NCBI GenBank assembly: GCA_963782055.1
Contig: CAWAIF010000003.1
Span: 1,376,001-1,440,000 of the forward strand
Length of the DNA: 64,000 nucleotides
Direction: 5' to 3'
Source of the DNA: an uncultured delta proteobacterium
GTDB lineage: Bacteria > Myxococcota_A > Polyangia > Polyangiales > Polyangiaceae
Translations under genes and position numbers: made by a program
The notes under the pieces: model-generated
What the model was told of the DNA's origin: nothing
The model's input: the letters and a program-made list of their open reading frames with translations, nothing else
The model's database searches: none
In this document: positions 28,404-38,702 of the stretch, one piece after another
Layout of the letters: each line of letters opens with the position of its first letter
How positions within the stretch are numbered: position 1 is the first letter of the stretch

Positions 28404-29495
28404 ATGGGCGACGAGCGCAAAGATTACGATCCGGCGGCGGGCGACATCACGCGCCGCAAGTTCATCGGCGGGGCGGCGGCGGCGACCGCGGCGGTCTCCC
28501 TGCTCGGCGGGGAGAAGAGCGCGCTCGCGGGGACGCACCTCCCCCCGGCCAAGCCCATGGCAGCCGCGCCACCCAAGGGCTTCGTCCCCTTCAGCGCCCC
28601 CGGCCACGTGGTGAAGGTGAGCAAGCCCGGCTCGCTGCAGCACAACCAGCTGTACCCCAAGCCGGACGACGCCAAGCTCATGCTGGAGCGCGCCCTCACC
28701 GAGCTGACGGGCAAGGCCTCGCTGGCGGAGGCGATCAAGCTCTTCGTGCACCCCGACGACAAGGTGTGCGTGAAGGTCAACGGCATCGCCAAGGCGAACA
28801 TGGCGACGAACAAGGAGCTGGTGCTCCCCTTCCTCGAGGGGATGATCGCGGCGGGCATCCCGGCGCGCAACATCACCGTGCTCGAGCAGTACTACGGCTT
28901 CCTCGCCGGGACCCGCATCACCGCGGCCAACGTGCCGGCGGGCGTCAACGTCGCGACCCACAACAACAAGGACGCGACGATGGACTTCCGGATGATCACC
29001 GGCACCGGCGTCCGGACGAAGTTCGTCCGCGTGCTGACGGAGTCGACGGCGCTCATCAACTTCGCCCTCATCAAGGATCACTCCATCTGCGGCTACACCG
29101 GCACCCTGAAGAACATGACGCACGGGTGCACCGTCAACCCGCAGGACTTCCACCTGCACCACGCCAGCCCGCAGATCGCCCTGCTCGCCGACCAGGACGT
29201 GCTCAAGAGCCGCCTCCGCCTGACGATCACCGACGCCTTCAAGGTGATGGCCCACGGCGGCCCGCTCGACAAGATGCCGCAGTACCGCAAGCCGTACGAG
29301 GCGGTCTTCACCTCCACCGACCCCGTCGCGATGGACACCATCGGCTGGGAGATCGTGGAGCAGGCGCGAAAGAAGTTCGGCCTGCGGACGCTGACGGAGG
29401 AGGGCCGCCCGCCGGCGTACATCAAGGCGGCAGGGGATTTGGGCCTGGGCGTCGCCGACCGGTCGAGGATCCGCCTGCAGGAAGTGGCGATCTAG
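28404..29495 (+). CDS. Tat-exported DUF362-domain protein
   Basis: TRRKFI twin-arginine signal; KVCVKVN, KDHSICGYTGTLKNMTHG, DPVAMD. Confidence 0.8.
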   Translation: MGDERKDYDPAAGDITRRKFIGGAAAATAAVSLLGGEKSALAGTHLPPAKPMAAAPPKGFVPFSAPGHVVKVSKPGSLQHNQLYPKPDDAKLMLERALTELTGKASLAEAIKLFVHPDDKVCVKVNGIAKANMATNKELVLPFLEGMIAAGIPARNITVLEQYYGFLAGTRITAANVPAGVNVATHNNKDATMDFRMITGTGVRTKFVRVLTESTALINFALIKDHSICGYTGTLKNMTHGCTVNPQDFHLHHASPQIALLADQDVLKSRLRLTITDAFKVMAHGGPLDKMPQYRKPYEAVFTSTDPVAMDTIGWEIVEQARKKFGLRTLTEEGRPPAYIKAAGDLGLGVADRSRIRLQEVAI

Positions 29496-29556
29496 CTCGG
29501 CCGCACCGGGCGCTCGGGATCGACCGACCCACCCGGGTTTGTTGTACAATTCCAGC

Positions 29557-30462
29557 GTGCCCCGGGAGACCGACGAAGACACGGTGAGCATCACGCCGAT
29601 CCGTGCCGAGCCCGGCCCGCGCAGCTCACGGCCCGGCGCGGGCGAGGCGTGCCTCGTCATCATCTACGGTCAGGACCTCGGGCGCCGCATCCCGCTCGCG
29701 GGGGGGCCCTTCGTCATCGGCCGGTCCTCCAAGTCGGACTTCTGCCTGGACCAGGACTCGGTGAGCCGCCACCACGCGCGCATCGTCCGCACGCACGACG
29801 GCATCTACACCGTCTCCGACCTGGGCTCCACCAACGGCACCTACGTCAACGACACCCCCGTGAGCGAGCGCGTCCTGTCCGACGGCGATCAGATCAAGAT
29901 CGGGCGGAGCATCCTCAAGTTCATGGCGGGCGACAACATCGAGGCCAGCTACCACGAGGAGATCTACCGCCTGATGACGGTGGACGGCCTCACGCAGCTC
30001 TTCAACCGCCGCTACTTCAACGAGACCCTGGAGCGGGAGATCAACCGCTCCCGCCGCTACACCCGGGCGCTGTCGCTGGTGCTCTTCGACATCGACTACT
30101 TCAAGAAGATCAACGACGAGTTCGGCCACGTGGCGGGGGACGCGCTCCTGCGCCAGCTCGCGGTGGTGATCAAGCCGCGCCTGCGCCGGGAGGACGTGCT
30201 CGCGCGCGTGGGCGGCGAGGAGTTCGCGCTGCTGCTGCCGGAGGTGGCCCTGGATGGCGCGGCGACCACCGCGGAGAAGGTGCGCGAGACGGTGGAGTCG
30301 TCGTCGTTCGTCTTCGACGACGCGGTGATGCCGTGCACGGTGAGCCTGGGCATCGCGGAGTGGGACGGGGATCGGATGGCGGCGCCGAAGGATCTGTACG
30401 GCAAGGCGGACGAGGCGCTGTACCGCGCGAAGCAGGGGGGAAGAAACCGCGTGGAGCGCTGA
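29557..30462 (+). CDS. FHA-GGDEF diguanylate cyclase
   Basis: IGR...VSRHHA...DLGSTNGT (FHA); DGLT, DIDYFK, RRED I-site, GGEEF. Confidence 0.93.
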   Translation: MPRETDEDTVSITPIRAEPGPRSSRPGAGEACLVIIYGQDLGRRIPLAGGPFVIGRSSKSDFCLDQDSVSRHHARIVRTHDGIYTVSDLGSTNGTYVNDTPVSERVLSDGDQIKIGRSILKFMAGDNIEASYHEEIYRLMTVDGLTQLFNRRYFNETLEREINRSRRYTRALSLVLFDIDYFKKINDEFGHVAGDALLRQLAVVIKPRLRREDVLARVGGEEFALLLPEVALDGAATTAEKVRETVESSSFVFDDAVMPCTVSLGIAEWDGDRMAAPKDLYGKADEALYRAKQGGRNRVER

Positions 30463-30505
30463 GCGGCCACGCGCACCGCGCCCGCGCTCGCTCCCGCCCC
30501 CGCGC

Positions 30506-33500
30506 TCACGCCCGCCCTCGCGCCCGCCGCCTCCGCCGGACCAGCCACAGCGCCGACAGCGCCACCATCGCCAGCGATCCCCCTGGACCCCGCGCCCGCC
30601 TCCCCACCGTGCACGCGCAGCCGCCCCCCGCCGACAGCAGCTCCGTCCCGCCGTCCATCGCCGCACCGCCATCGTCGCCGCCGTCCGCCGCCCCCGCGTC
30701 CGGCTGCGACGCCGGCGGGCAGACGACGTCGTCGTCCACCAGCGCGGTGAAGGGCAGGTTGGTGATGCCGGCGAACCCGACGTTGTCCAGCTCCCACCCG
30801 AAGTCTCCGCTCGCGTCGTCGGTGCCCACGCGGAAGCGCACGCGCACCGTCTTGCCCGCGAGCTTGGTTCCCATGTCGACCTTCACCGTGTCGCGCTTCG
30901 GCCACGAGGCGTTCTGCGCGACGTAGCCCATGCGCTTGGCGAGCACGTTCTTCGCCTGGCCGGTGGGATCGCCGATCGTCCCGCCGTAGCCGGGGTCGCC
31001 GTACTGGCTGACGTCCTCCCAGTGGGCGCCGTCGTCGGTGGAGATCTCCACCACCCCGCCGTCCCAGTAGACCTCGCCGTTGCCCGGATCGCTCGCCTCG
31101 AACTGGTGCCGCTCGTCGAAGGTGAGGACGAAGGGATCCGTGGTGCTCACCTGCAGCGGCGGGGAGACGAGGGCGGTGTCGGAGGGGGAGCCGTGGTCCT
31201 GGCCGCGCCACGCGTGATCCCCCGCGGTGACCTCCTGCCGCGACCAGATCTGGTCGGGAGGGGTGCCGTCGTCCGCGGTGCCGTCCGGCTTCCACGTCGA
31301 GGTGTCCGCCTCCACGTCGTCGGTCGCCGCGGCGTCGGGCACCGCGCGGAAGTCGACGAGGGCCGCGGGATCGATGCTCGCGTTGGGATCGCAGCTCGCG
31401 GTCGGGGCGAGGTCCACGTGGAACGCCGCCACCTGCTTGCCCGGGAACGCAGGGTCCAGCGCGACCTGGACGGCGACCGTCCCCATGGCGAAGGGATCGA
31501 TGGTGATGGTGCTCTCCGGCCCGTTCGGGAACTGGACGCCGCTGGTGGTGGTGCTCACCGTCACCTTCCCCGACCACGCGCTGGTGCCGCCGTTCATGAA
31601 CTTCAGGGTGAGGAGGCCGGTCTCGCCGCGGTCCAGGTTGCCGTCGGCGTTGCAGGCGTGGACGCTGTCGTCGAGGTGGCTGGAGACCAGGTTGACCACC
31701 GAGGAGATGGAGAAGTCCTCGGTGACGCCCTTCAGGTCCGTCGAGTCGCGCGGCGGGGAGAGCGCGCACGTGCCCGCGCCCCGGCGCGCGAACGCCTGCG
31801 CGAGGAGCTGGCCGTCCTTCGGATCGGCGGCGAAGGCGGCGGCGAGGATGCCGTCGCGCTGCTCGGTGTAGGTCGGGTCCACCGGCGCCATCATCATGCC
31901 GCCCACGACGTAGTCGGACATCCGCCGGCGCGCCTGATCGAAGGTGTACGGCGGATTGGCGGCCTTGCTCCGCTGGAGCATCGCCACGAAGCCCTCGAAC
32001 AGCATGGTCGCCCAGATCTCCCCGGCGTCGTGCACCTCCGAGTTGGCGATCCCGGCCACGTCGGGGTTCTCGGCGACGCCCTGGGGGAGGGCCTGCCCGT
32101 CGGAGATGTCCCCGAAGGTGAGAGCGTTCTTGGTGAAGTCGACGGAGTAGGGGTAGCGCCGGATGCCGAAGTAGCCCGGATCGGTGTCGGCGCGCGTGGC
32201 GTACTGCCCGACCGCGAAGGTGCCGCCCAGGTCGTCGCCTTGCCGGAGCATCACCTGCAGCGCGGTGAAGTCCGCCCACCCCTCGCTCTCGGCGCCGCAG
32301 GTGTGGCTGCCGCACTGCACCAGCCGGTGGTGCAGGTAGTGGCCCCACTCGTGCGACACGACGGTGTTGTCGATGGTGCCGTCGACGTCGGGATCGGTGC
32401 TGCGCGTCATCGTCGCGGTCACCGTGCCGCTCTGCAGGCCGGTCTTCAGGGTGGCGCCGTCCTCTTTCGTGATGCCCAGCAGCGCGATGGTGATCGTCGC
32501 GTTGACGTTGGGATCGTTGCCGAGGGGAGGCGGCGGCTGGTTGGCCTGGTTGTTCGCCAGGATCATCCCGGTCCCGCCGGCGTCCTGGACGTGCAGCGCC
32601 TTCGTCTTGAAGCTGCACGTCCCGCGGTCGACGAGGGCGATCTTGCCGGCGATGGATCCGGTGAGCGCCTCGCACGCGTCGGTGGTCGTGCCGCTGCCAT
32701 CGTCGGCCAGGACGACCGGATCGGTGACGGAGAAGGAGAGGGGACCGAAGCCGGCGACCGAGGTGGGCAGCGTCTGGTCGAGCGGCTGCACGTGGAGCGA
32801 GTGGGTGACCTTGCCGTCCCAGACGTACATCTGCATCCGGGGCGAGGCGCCGTCGCTCAGGGTCTGCATGTTGGAGTTGTTGCGGGTGGACGGCGCGCCG
32901 TCCTGGGCCTCCGCGTGCAGCGGATCCCCCGCCACGCCGCCGCGGCCCAGGTTGTCCTTCTGCGCGTTGCCCGCCGCCTCGTCGAAGCCGGAGTCGTACC
33001 ACCAGTCGTGCAGCCAGTTGGTGACGTAGAAGAGGTCGGTGACCGCCGCCATCTTCTGTCCGGCGCTGCTCTGCGGGCCGAGGGTGGTGTCGTAGGTGCG
33101 GTCGAAGGTGTTGGCGGAGGTGATCGTCGCGCGCAGGTCGGGCGGCCCGGAGAAGCCGTCGGGCTTGTCGTCGTCGGTGTAGGCGTCGACGTTGTTGCCC
33201 GTGGTCTCGGTGGCGGCGGGCGGCAGCCAGGGGTCGCCGAACTTGTCGAAGCCGTCGATGGCGATCAGGTTGGGCGTGGCGTAGTCGGGGTAGCTCCCGT
33301 CGGGCATCGCCGTCGGGTGCGGGGTGAAGTCGGCGATGGGGCCGTCCGCCGGGCGGTGGTCCCCGCTCGCGTCGGCGAAGACGCGGTAGTCGAAGACGTC
33401 GTGCGCGGTGAGGTCCTCGCGGAAGAGCAGGCGGCCGTCGTCGGCGGCGTAGACGTGATCGGTGGCGACGGAGCCCGCGGTGCCCGCGCGCTCGGAGAGC

Positions 33501-34282
33501 GTCTCGACGAACCAGGCGGGCACGATGCGCTCGGGGAGCGGGAAGTAGACCTTCTTCACGCGCGCCCGGTCGACGAAGCGCAGGCCGAGCGCGCGCACCG
33601 CGGGGGTCGAGGCGAGGCCGAAGGTGCGGTAGTCGCCCTCGGTGCGGCGCAGGTCGCGCACGTCGCGCGGACCGACCGAGGCGCCGCAGACGTCGGTGAG
33701 CGCGGCGGCCAGCGCGTCGGCGGGCCCGGTGCGGAAGGGCGCGCGCACGTGCGGCGTGGCCGCGGGGTGCAGGCCGCCGGCGATGGCGACCAGGTCCAGG
33801 TGGCGATCGAGCAGGACCTTCACGTCGGAGAGGAAGAGGGAGACGCCGCCGACGCGCTGCCGCAGGGTGACGACGATGCCGCCGCGTCCGACGTCGTGGA
33901 CGTGGGTGACGAGCGCTGTGGAGAGCGCGGCCGGCGTCAGTCCGTAGCGGCCGGCGTAGCGCGCGAGGTAGAAGCGCGCCGCCTGCTCGGGCGTGGTGAC
34001 GCGCGGGCCGTGGCGGAGCGACGGCGGTGCGGGGCGAGGCGCGAAGAGGAAGGAGGGGACGCCGCGCAGGCCGTCGCGCGAGGCGACGAAGGCGGGCGGG
34101 CCGGCGGCGTCAGGCGGGAGCGGCACGGAGGAGGGCGGCGCGTGGTAGCGGGCGTCGTAGTTGGGGTGCGGCGCGCTCGCCGAGGAACCGGCCGGCGGCT
34201 TTCCCTGCTGGCCCCACGCCGATCCGAAGGAGCCGAACGGGAACACGACCAGCGCGATGAGAGGCAAGAGACGCCGCATCAC
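30506..34282 (-). CDS. M36 (fungalysin-like) metallopeptidase with PA domain and MYXO-CTERM
   Basis: Propeptide; GFDEAAGNAQ; PA domain (IALVDRGTCSF); HEWGH and SEGWADF; GGGCAC...RRRRR tail. Confidence 0.9.
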   Translation of the reverse strand: MMRRLLPLIALVVFPFGSFGSAWGQQGKPPAGSSASAPHPNYDARYHAPPSSVPLPPDAAGPPAFVASRDGLRGVPSFLFAPRPAPPSLRHGPRVTTPEQAARFYLARYAGRYGLTPAALSTALVTHVHDVGRGGIVVTLRQRVGGVSLFLSDVKVLLDRHLDLVAIAGGLHPAATPHVRAPFRTGPADALAAALTDVCGASVGPRDVRDLRRTEGDYRTFGLASTPAVRALGLRFVDRARVKKVYFPLPERIVPAWFVETLSERAGTAGSVATDHVYAADDGRLLFREDLTAHDVFDYRVFADASGDHRPADGPIADFTPHPTAMPDGSYPDYATPNLIAIDGFDKFGDPWLPPAATETTGNNVDAYTDDDKPDGFSGPPDLRATITSANTFDRTYDTTLGPQSSAGQKMAAVTDLFYVTNWLHDWWYDSGFDEAAGNAQKDNLGRGGVAGDPLHAEAQDGAPSTRNNSNMQTLSDGASPRMQMYVWDGKVTHSLHVQPLDQTLPTSVAGFGPLSFSVTDPVVLADDGSGTTTDACEALTGSIAGKIALVDRGTCSFKTKALHVQDAGGTGMILANNQANQPPPPLGNDPNVNATITIALLGITKEDGATLKTGLQSGTVTATMTRSTDPDVDGTIDNTVVSHEWGHYLHHRLVQCGSHTCGAESEGWADFTALQVMLRQGDDLGGTFAVGQYATRADTDPGYFGIRRYPYSVDFTKNALTFGDISDGQALPQGVAENPDVAGIANSEVHDAGEIWATMLFEGFVAMLQRSKAANPPYTFDQARRRMSDYVVGGMMMAPVDPTYTEQRDGILAAAFAADPKDGQLLAQAFARRGAGTCALSPPRDSTDLKGVTEDFSISSVVNLVSSHLDDSVHACNADGNLDRGETGLLTLKFMNGGTSAWSGKVTVSTTTSGVQFPNGPESTITIDPFAMGTVAVQVALDPAFPGKQVAAFHVDLAPTASCDPNASIDPAALVDFRAVPDAAATDDVEADTSTWKPDGTADDGTPPDQIWSRQEVTAGDHAWRGQDHGSPSDTALVSPPLQVSTTDPFVLTFDERHQFEASDPGNGEVYWDGGVVEISTDDGAHWEDVSQYGDPGYGGTIGDPTGQAKNVLAKRMGYVAQNASWPKRDTVKVDMGTKLAGKTVRVRFRVGTDDASGDFGWELDNVGFAGITNLPFTALVDDDVVCPPASQPDAGAADGGDDGGAAMDGGTELLSAGGGCACTVGRRARGPGGSLAMVALSALWLVRRRRRARGRA

Positions 34283-34344
34283 GACACCTTATTCGGAGCG
34301 ACCTGGCGGGGGAAGGGAGAGGGGCGCGGGAGGGAGTGCGAGCC

Positions 34345-34405
34345 ACGCTCGCGCTCGCGCCCGCCCCCGCCCCCGCGCTCGCCCCCGCCCCCGCGCCCGC
34401 CCCCC
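34345..34405. repeat. Degenerate GC hexamer tandem tract
   Basis: (gcgctc/gcgccc/gccccc)n immediately after a stop codon. Confidence 0.6.
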
Positions 34406-35407
34406 TCACGGGCACGTCTTCGCGCACGTCGTCTTCGCGCCCTCGGCAATCCACAGCTCGACCCGCTCCAGCTCGTCCTGCCCGAGCGGCGTGTTCGTCG
34501 CGTCGCCGTTGGCGTGCGGCATCGGCATGCCGGGGACCAGATCGCCCAGGCGCGCCGTCTCCTCCGCCGACACCGGCGCCGTGGGTCCGTAGTCGAACGA
34601 TCCGAACGACGCGTTGCACGGCGAGGTGTCGCGCGCCGGGCCGCCCACCGGTCCGATCAGCAGCTTGTAGAGCAGGAAGCTGTCACCGGGGTTGTACGGA
34701 TCCACGATGGGCATGTCGCTCGGGAACACCCCCGTCGTCCGCCCCGGACCGATGCGCGCGCCGTCGCTCACCAGGTGTCCCGCCAGACCGAGCGCCGTCG
34801 CCTGCACGCCCGCCGCCGTGTCCAGCACCAGGCCCTCCGGCGCGGACGCGGGCTGGCCCGCCCCCGGGGAGGAGTGACAGCCCGCGGTGGCGCACGCGCT
34901 CCGCAGGAGCGGCAGCACGTCGGTGCAGAAGTCCACCGACGGCGGCGGCTTGCGGCCGGTCGCCGCCGTCGCCAAAAAGCCGATCGCCTCCGGCGTCGAC
35001 GGGTCGAGCACCGCGCCGTCGATCGCGCGCACCCCGAAGATGTCCCCCGCGTCCTGCGGGACCGGAAAGACGAGCTTGTACGGCTGGCCGGGCACCACCC
35101 AGTCGGCGCCCGCCGGGTTGGGGCTGGAGATCGTCACGACCCGCGCCACCGGATCGTAGGTGACGAGCGGGATGAGCACCGCCAGGCCCGTCTCGTCTCG
35201 GAGCTGGAAGGACTGCCGCGTCACCGTCGTCGGGTCCAGGTACCTGTCGAAGGCGAGCTGGATCACGCCGTCGACCGGAAGCGGCCGGTCCGGTCCGACG
35301 TTGGCGCCGAGGAAATGGATGGGCGGGCCCAGCCTCGTCTCGTCACCCTGCGTCCCCTGATCGCACGCGCCGGCGAGGGCGGCAGCCAGGAGCGCGGCGC
35401 CGATCAG
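34406..35407 (-). CDS. Lipoprotein with Ig-like domain and atypical CxxxxCH motif
   Basis: AGAC lipobox; IQLAFDRYLDPTTV; CATAGCH; MP...WIAEGA; start codon uncertain. Confidence 0.7.
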   Translation of the reverse strand: MIGAALLAAALAGACDQGTQGDETRLGPPIHFLGANVGPDRPLPVDGVIQLAFDRYLDPTTVTRQSFQLRDETGLAVLIPLVTYDPVARVVTISSPNPAGADWVVPGQPYKLVFPVPQDAGDIFGVRAIDGAVLDPSTPEAIGFLATAATGRKPPPSVDFCTDVLPLLRSACATAGCHSSPGAGQPASAPEGLVLDTAAGVQATALGLAGHLVSDGARIGPGRTTGVFPSDMPIVDPYNPGDSFLLYKLLIGPVGGPARDTSPCNASFGSFDYGPTAPVSAEETARLGDLVPGMPMPHANGDATNTPLGQDELERVELWIAEGAKTTCAKTCP

Positions 35408-35658
35408 CTCTCGGCGTAGAGGGAGAGCTGCTCGCGCATCACGTCGTGGTTGATGCCGCTCTGGATGTGATCCTTGAGGCAGTCCGCCAGGGTGATGAGC
35501 ATGTCGTCCACGCCCTTGTCCTGGATGAGCTTCGACAGGAGGGCCTTCGCCTCGCGGCTCTCGTCCCCGCGGAGGAACTGCCGGACCTGCTCGAGCGAGA
35601 TCTCGCCCTGAAAGTCGAGGTAAACGTTCTCCAGCAGGTACGCCACGAGCTCTTTCAC
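35404..35658 (-). CDS. Small hypothetical helical protein
   Basis: 84 aa; strong AGGAGG RBS before the GTG. Confidence 0.7.
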   Translation of the reverse strand: MKELVAYLLENVYLDFQGEISLEQVRQFLRGDESREAKALLSKLIQDKGVDDMLITLADCLKDHIQSGINHDVMREQLSLYAES

Positions 35659-35745
35659 GTCGTTCCTCCTTGGCGGCAGACCCCTGCGTATAGCTCCCCG
35701 GGGGCCGCCCCCGCAAGGTTCTTCCTCCGCTTTCGGTGGAATCGT

Positions 35746-37116
35746 CTAGCGGCATGACTGGAGCACCTGGTCGCCGGGCTGGTGGCAGACGTAGCACGGC
35801 CGAGGGTTACGCCGGAGCTGCACGCCGCAGCCCGCCGCGAAGCCCGCCGGGTGGATGTTGTAGCCGCCGCCCCCCATGCCGGTGCTCGCGTGGCACGACG
35901 CGCAGTCGCGCTCGGTGTGGCAGGAGACGCAGGCGTTCAGGTTGCGCTCTGCCTCGTCCGCGTGGTGACCGGGGCGGCGCGGCAGGTCGGTCCAGATCGC
36001 CTTCGGCGGGTGGAAGCGGCCGAGCACCTTGTCGCCGGTGGGGCTCTCGTTCGCCACGCCGGAGCGCAGGTGGCACGGCAGACAGAAGCTCTGCTCGCGG
36101 TGGCAGCTCTGGCAGCGCTGCGTCGCCATGCGCGCCTCGACGGGGTGCATCTGGAGGTAGTCGTTCGGGTGCACGCCGCGCGGGCGGACGCGCCCGTCGT
36201 GGCAGTCGACGCAGAAGCTCTCCTTGTGGCAGTTGGCGCAGAAGGCGGAGTCGTTGCCGGCGACCATCTTGTGGCGCTCGAGGAAGTCCGGGCCGTGCTT
36301 GGCGTTGTGGAGCCAGCGCGGGGGCTCGAGCTTGCCGGAGGGGAAGCGCGTACGGATGACGCCGCCCTCCGCGCCGCCGGTCCGGCGGACGTGGCAGGTG
36401 TCGCACGCGCTCTTCGCGTCGCCGCGGGCGAGGGCGTCGGGCATCTGGTGGCACCCGAGGCACCCGCGCATGCGCGGCATCTGGTCGCGCGTGGCGAGCT
36501 CGAGCTGCTGCACCTCCCCGTGGCACTGCCCGCAGCCGATGTTGCGCACGGCGTGCTTGCGATGCGAAAAGACCATGTTCGGCCGCGGGATGACGAGCGA
36601 CGCGACGCGGTTGCCGTCGCCGGGGCGGTACCCCAGGTGGCAGAAGGCGCACTGCCCGCTCGCGCCCGTCCCCGCCTTCACCACGTCCAGGTCGGAGTGG
36701 TCGGTCAGGTGGCAGTCGTCGCACACCGTCGCGCGCGGGATGAGCGAGTCGGCCGAGGAGTCGCTGGTGATGGCGCCCGGGTGGCACGACTTGCACGCGA
36801 GGTGCTGGCCCTGGACGTGGAGCTTGTGGTTGAAGCGCAGCGTGAGCTGCTGCTCCGGGAAGATGACGTCGCTCGGGCCGGTGTCGGGGGCGGAGGCGCC
36901 GGGCGGGAGCCAGCGCGCGGGCACCTTCTGGTCGGCGGGCATCGGCGTGGTGCCGGAGACCCACGTCGTGGGCGCGCCGGACCCGGCCGGTGGGGGCGCG
37001 GAGGCCGACGGTGTCGGCGCCGCCAGGCCGAGCGGCGGAGGGTCCGCGGCGAACGCCAGCGTCGCGCCGAGGGCGAGCGCGAGGGCGAGCAGCACGAAGG
37101 CGAGGCGCGCGCTCAT
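35746..37116 (-). CDS. Multiheme c-type cytochrome (13 CxxCH)
   Basis: Signal peptide; CKSCH, CDDCH, CAFCH, CGQCH, CLGCH, CDTCH, CANCH, CVDCH, CQSCH, CLPCH, CVSCH, CASCH, CYVCH. Confidence 0.92.
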   Translation of the reverse strand: MSARLAFVLLALALALGATLAFAADPPPLGLAAPTPSASAPPPAGSGAPTTWVSGTTPMPADQKVPARWLPPGASAPDTGPSDVIFPEQQLTLRFNHKLHVQGQHLACKSCHPGAITSDSSADSLIPRATVCDDCHLTDHSDLDVVKAGTGASGQCAFCHLGYRPGDGNRVASLVIPRPNMVFSHRKHAVRNIGCGQCHGEVQQLELATRDQMPRMRGCLGCHQMPDALARGDAKSACDTCHVRRTGGAEGGVIRTRFPSGKLEPPRWLHNAKHGPDFLERHKMVAGNDSAFCANCHKESFCVDCHDGRVRPRGVHPNDYLQMHPVEARMATQRCQSCHREQSFCLPCHLRSGVANESPTGDKVLGRFHPPKAIWTDLPRRPGHHADEAERNLNACVSCHTERDCASCHASTGMGGGGYNIHPAGFAAGCGVQLRRNPRPCYVCHQPGDQVLQSCR

Positions 37117-38660
37117 TTGCTCACCGCGAGCTGGAGGTAGGCGATCGTCCGGAAGCGCAGGCCGACGAGGCGGTTGATGTCGTTCTCCATCTCCACGCCG
37201 ACCTGCGAGCGGCCGAAGAAGCGGTAGCCGAGGCCGAGGACGTACGCGAGGGAGGCGGCGCTGCGGTCGGGGCGCAGCTTGTCGTTCCAGTGCCAGAAGC
37301 CCAGGCGCGCGGAAAGCACGTAGTGGGTGTCGTAGATGCGCTGGCCGAAGAGGTCGGCGCCGACGCGATCGCCCGCGTCGCCCACGTCCGCCGCGCCCTG
37401 CAGCGTGACGGTGGTGGAGGGCCGCCGGTAGCGCACGCCCAGGGTGCCGCCGCCGTCGAAGGTGACGCCCGCGCCGTAGACGTTGGGCGCGGCGGGCACC
37501 GGGCCGTTGTTGGCGTAGCCGGGGTAGGGCGTCGTCGCCGGCTGGTCGAGGTGATCGCTCGTCTGGGCGTCGAAGGCCCGCACGTGGCCGCTCGCCGAGA
37601 GGGCCCAGCGGTCGGTGGGCATGACCGCCACGCGCCCGCCGACGTCGTTCATCGGGCTCATGGCGAAGAAGTTGAAGATGGAGTCGCCGTCGAAGCTCGG
37701 GCGGAAGAAGTCGTAGTCGACGCTGGCGATCACCTTCGACCCCAGGAACGCCTCGGCGGTCCCGTAGATGCTGGTGAAGGCGGCGTCGTACAAGTCGTAG
37801 ACCATGCCGCCGTTCACCCCGCCCACCTTGGGGAGGCTCGCGCTCAGCGTGTAGCCCAGCCGCTCCTGCGAGATGCGCGTGTCGGAGTAGGGGACGACGG
37901 GGACGCCGAGCCCGGTGCCGAGCAGAGCGACGCCCGCATCACCTGTATTGTACACGCGCCGGTAGGAGAGCCGCCCGTGCAGCCAGGTGATGCCGCTGCT
38001 CTCGATCGCCGCCCCGAAGGCTGGGGCGATCTCCGCGTTCTCGAACTCGGGGTACTCGGTGGGATCGAAGTTGGAGCGGTCCCCTCGCCACACGCCGTCC
38101 TGCGACCAGCGGCCCAGCGCGCCGGACGCCGGCAGCCCGCCGCGCACCTCCAGGCCGCCGTAGGCCTCCACCGCGAAGAACGCCGGGGTGGTGACGCGCA
38201 CCTCCGCGCCGTCGAAGGACCAGTAGCCGAGGGCGTCGACCTGGTACTGGCGGCCGAGCTTGAAGTCGAGCAAGCCGTGCAGGAAGCGCCGCCCCTCCAC
38301 GTACGCGTACATGAAGTCCACCGGCCCTCGCGAGAAGCCGGCGACGTAGCGGTCGTAGGCGCTCGGCGTCGCCTCCGCCGAGCTCGCGCCGTAGTCGGCG
38401 TCGTAGCGCAGGCGCGCGCGGAAGCTCAGCTCGGGGGCCTTCTCCTGGCCCACGCCTTCCGGCCGCTTCAGCAGGTCGTAGGCGAGCACGCCCAGCGTCG
38501 TCGTGAGGCGGCGACGCATCAGGATGGGCTGCCCGGTGGGGCTGCGTACGTCGTAGAACTGCGTCGTCGTGTCGCTGGTGACCTCGCCCTCGAACGCGCG
38601 CGAAGCGGAGGGGACGAGGGCCAGCGCACACGTGCAGCCCGCGGCGAGCCAGGCTCTCAT
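37113..38660 (-). CDS. Putative outer-membrane beta-barrel (porin-like) protein
   Basis: Signal peptide; many amphipathic aromatic strands (FKLGRQY, LGLGYRF, YLQLAV); ATGA overlap with the cytochrome gene. Confidence 0.7.
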   Translation of the reverse strand: MRAWLAAGCTCALALVPSASRAFEGEVTSDTTTQFYDVRSPTGQPILMRRRLTTTLGVLAYDLLKRPEGVGQEKAPELSFRARLRYDADYGASSAEATPSAYDRYVAGFSRGPVDFMYAYVEGRRFLHGLLDFKLGRQYQVDALGYWSFDGAEVRVTTPAFFAVEAYGGLEVRGGLPASGALGRWSQDGVWRGDRSNFDPTEYPEFENAEIAPAFGAAIESSGITWLHGRLSYRRVYNTGDAGVALLGTGLGVPVVPYSDTRISQERLGYTLSASLPKVGGVNGGMVYDLYDAAFTSIYGTAEAFLGSKVIASVDYDFFRPSFDGDSIFNFFAMSPMNDVGGRVAVMPTDRWALSASGHVRAFDAQTSDHLDQPATTPYPGYANNGPVPAAPNVYGAGVTFDGGGTLGVRYRRPSTTVTLQGAADVGDAGDRVGADLFGQRIYDTHYVLSARLGFWHWNDKLRPDRSAASLAYVLGLGYRFFGRSQVGVEMENDINRLVGLRFRTIAYLQLAVSK

Positions 38661-38702
38661 CCGTTCCCCGCGCTCACGATGGCTCGTGCGGTGGCCGGCG
38701 CA

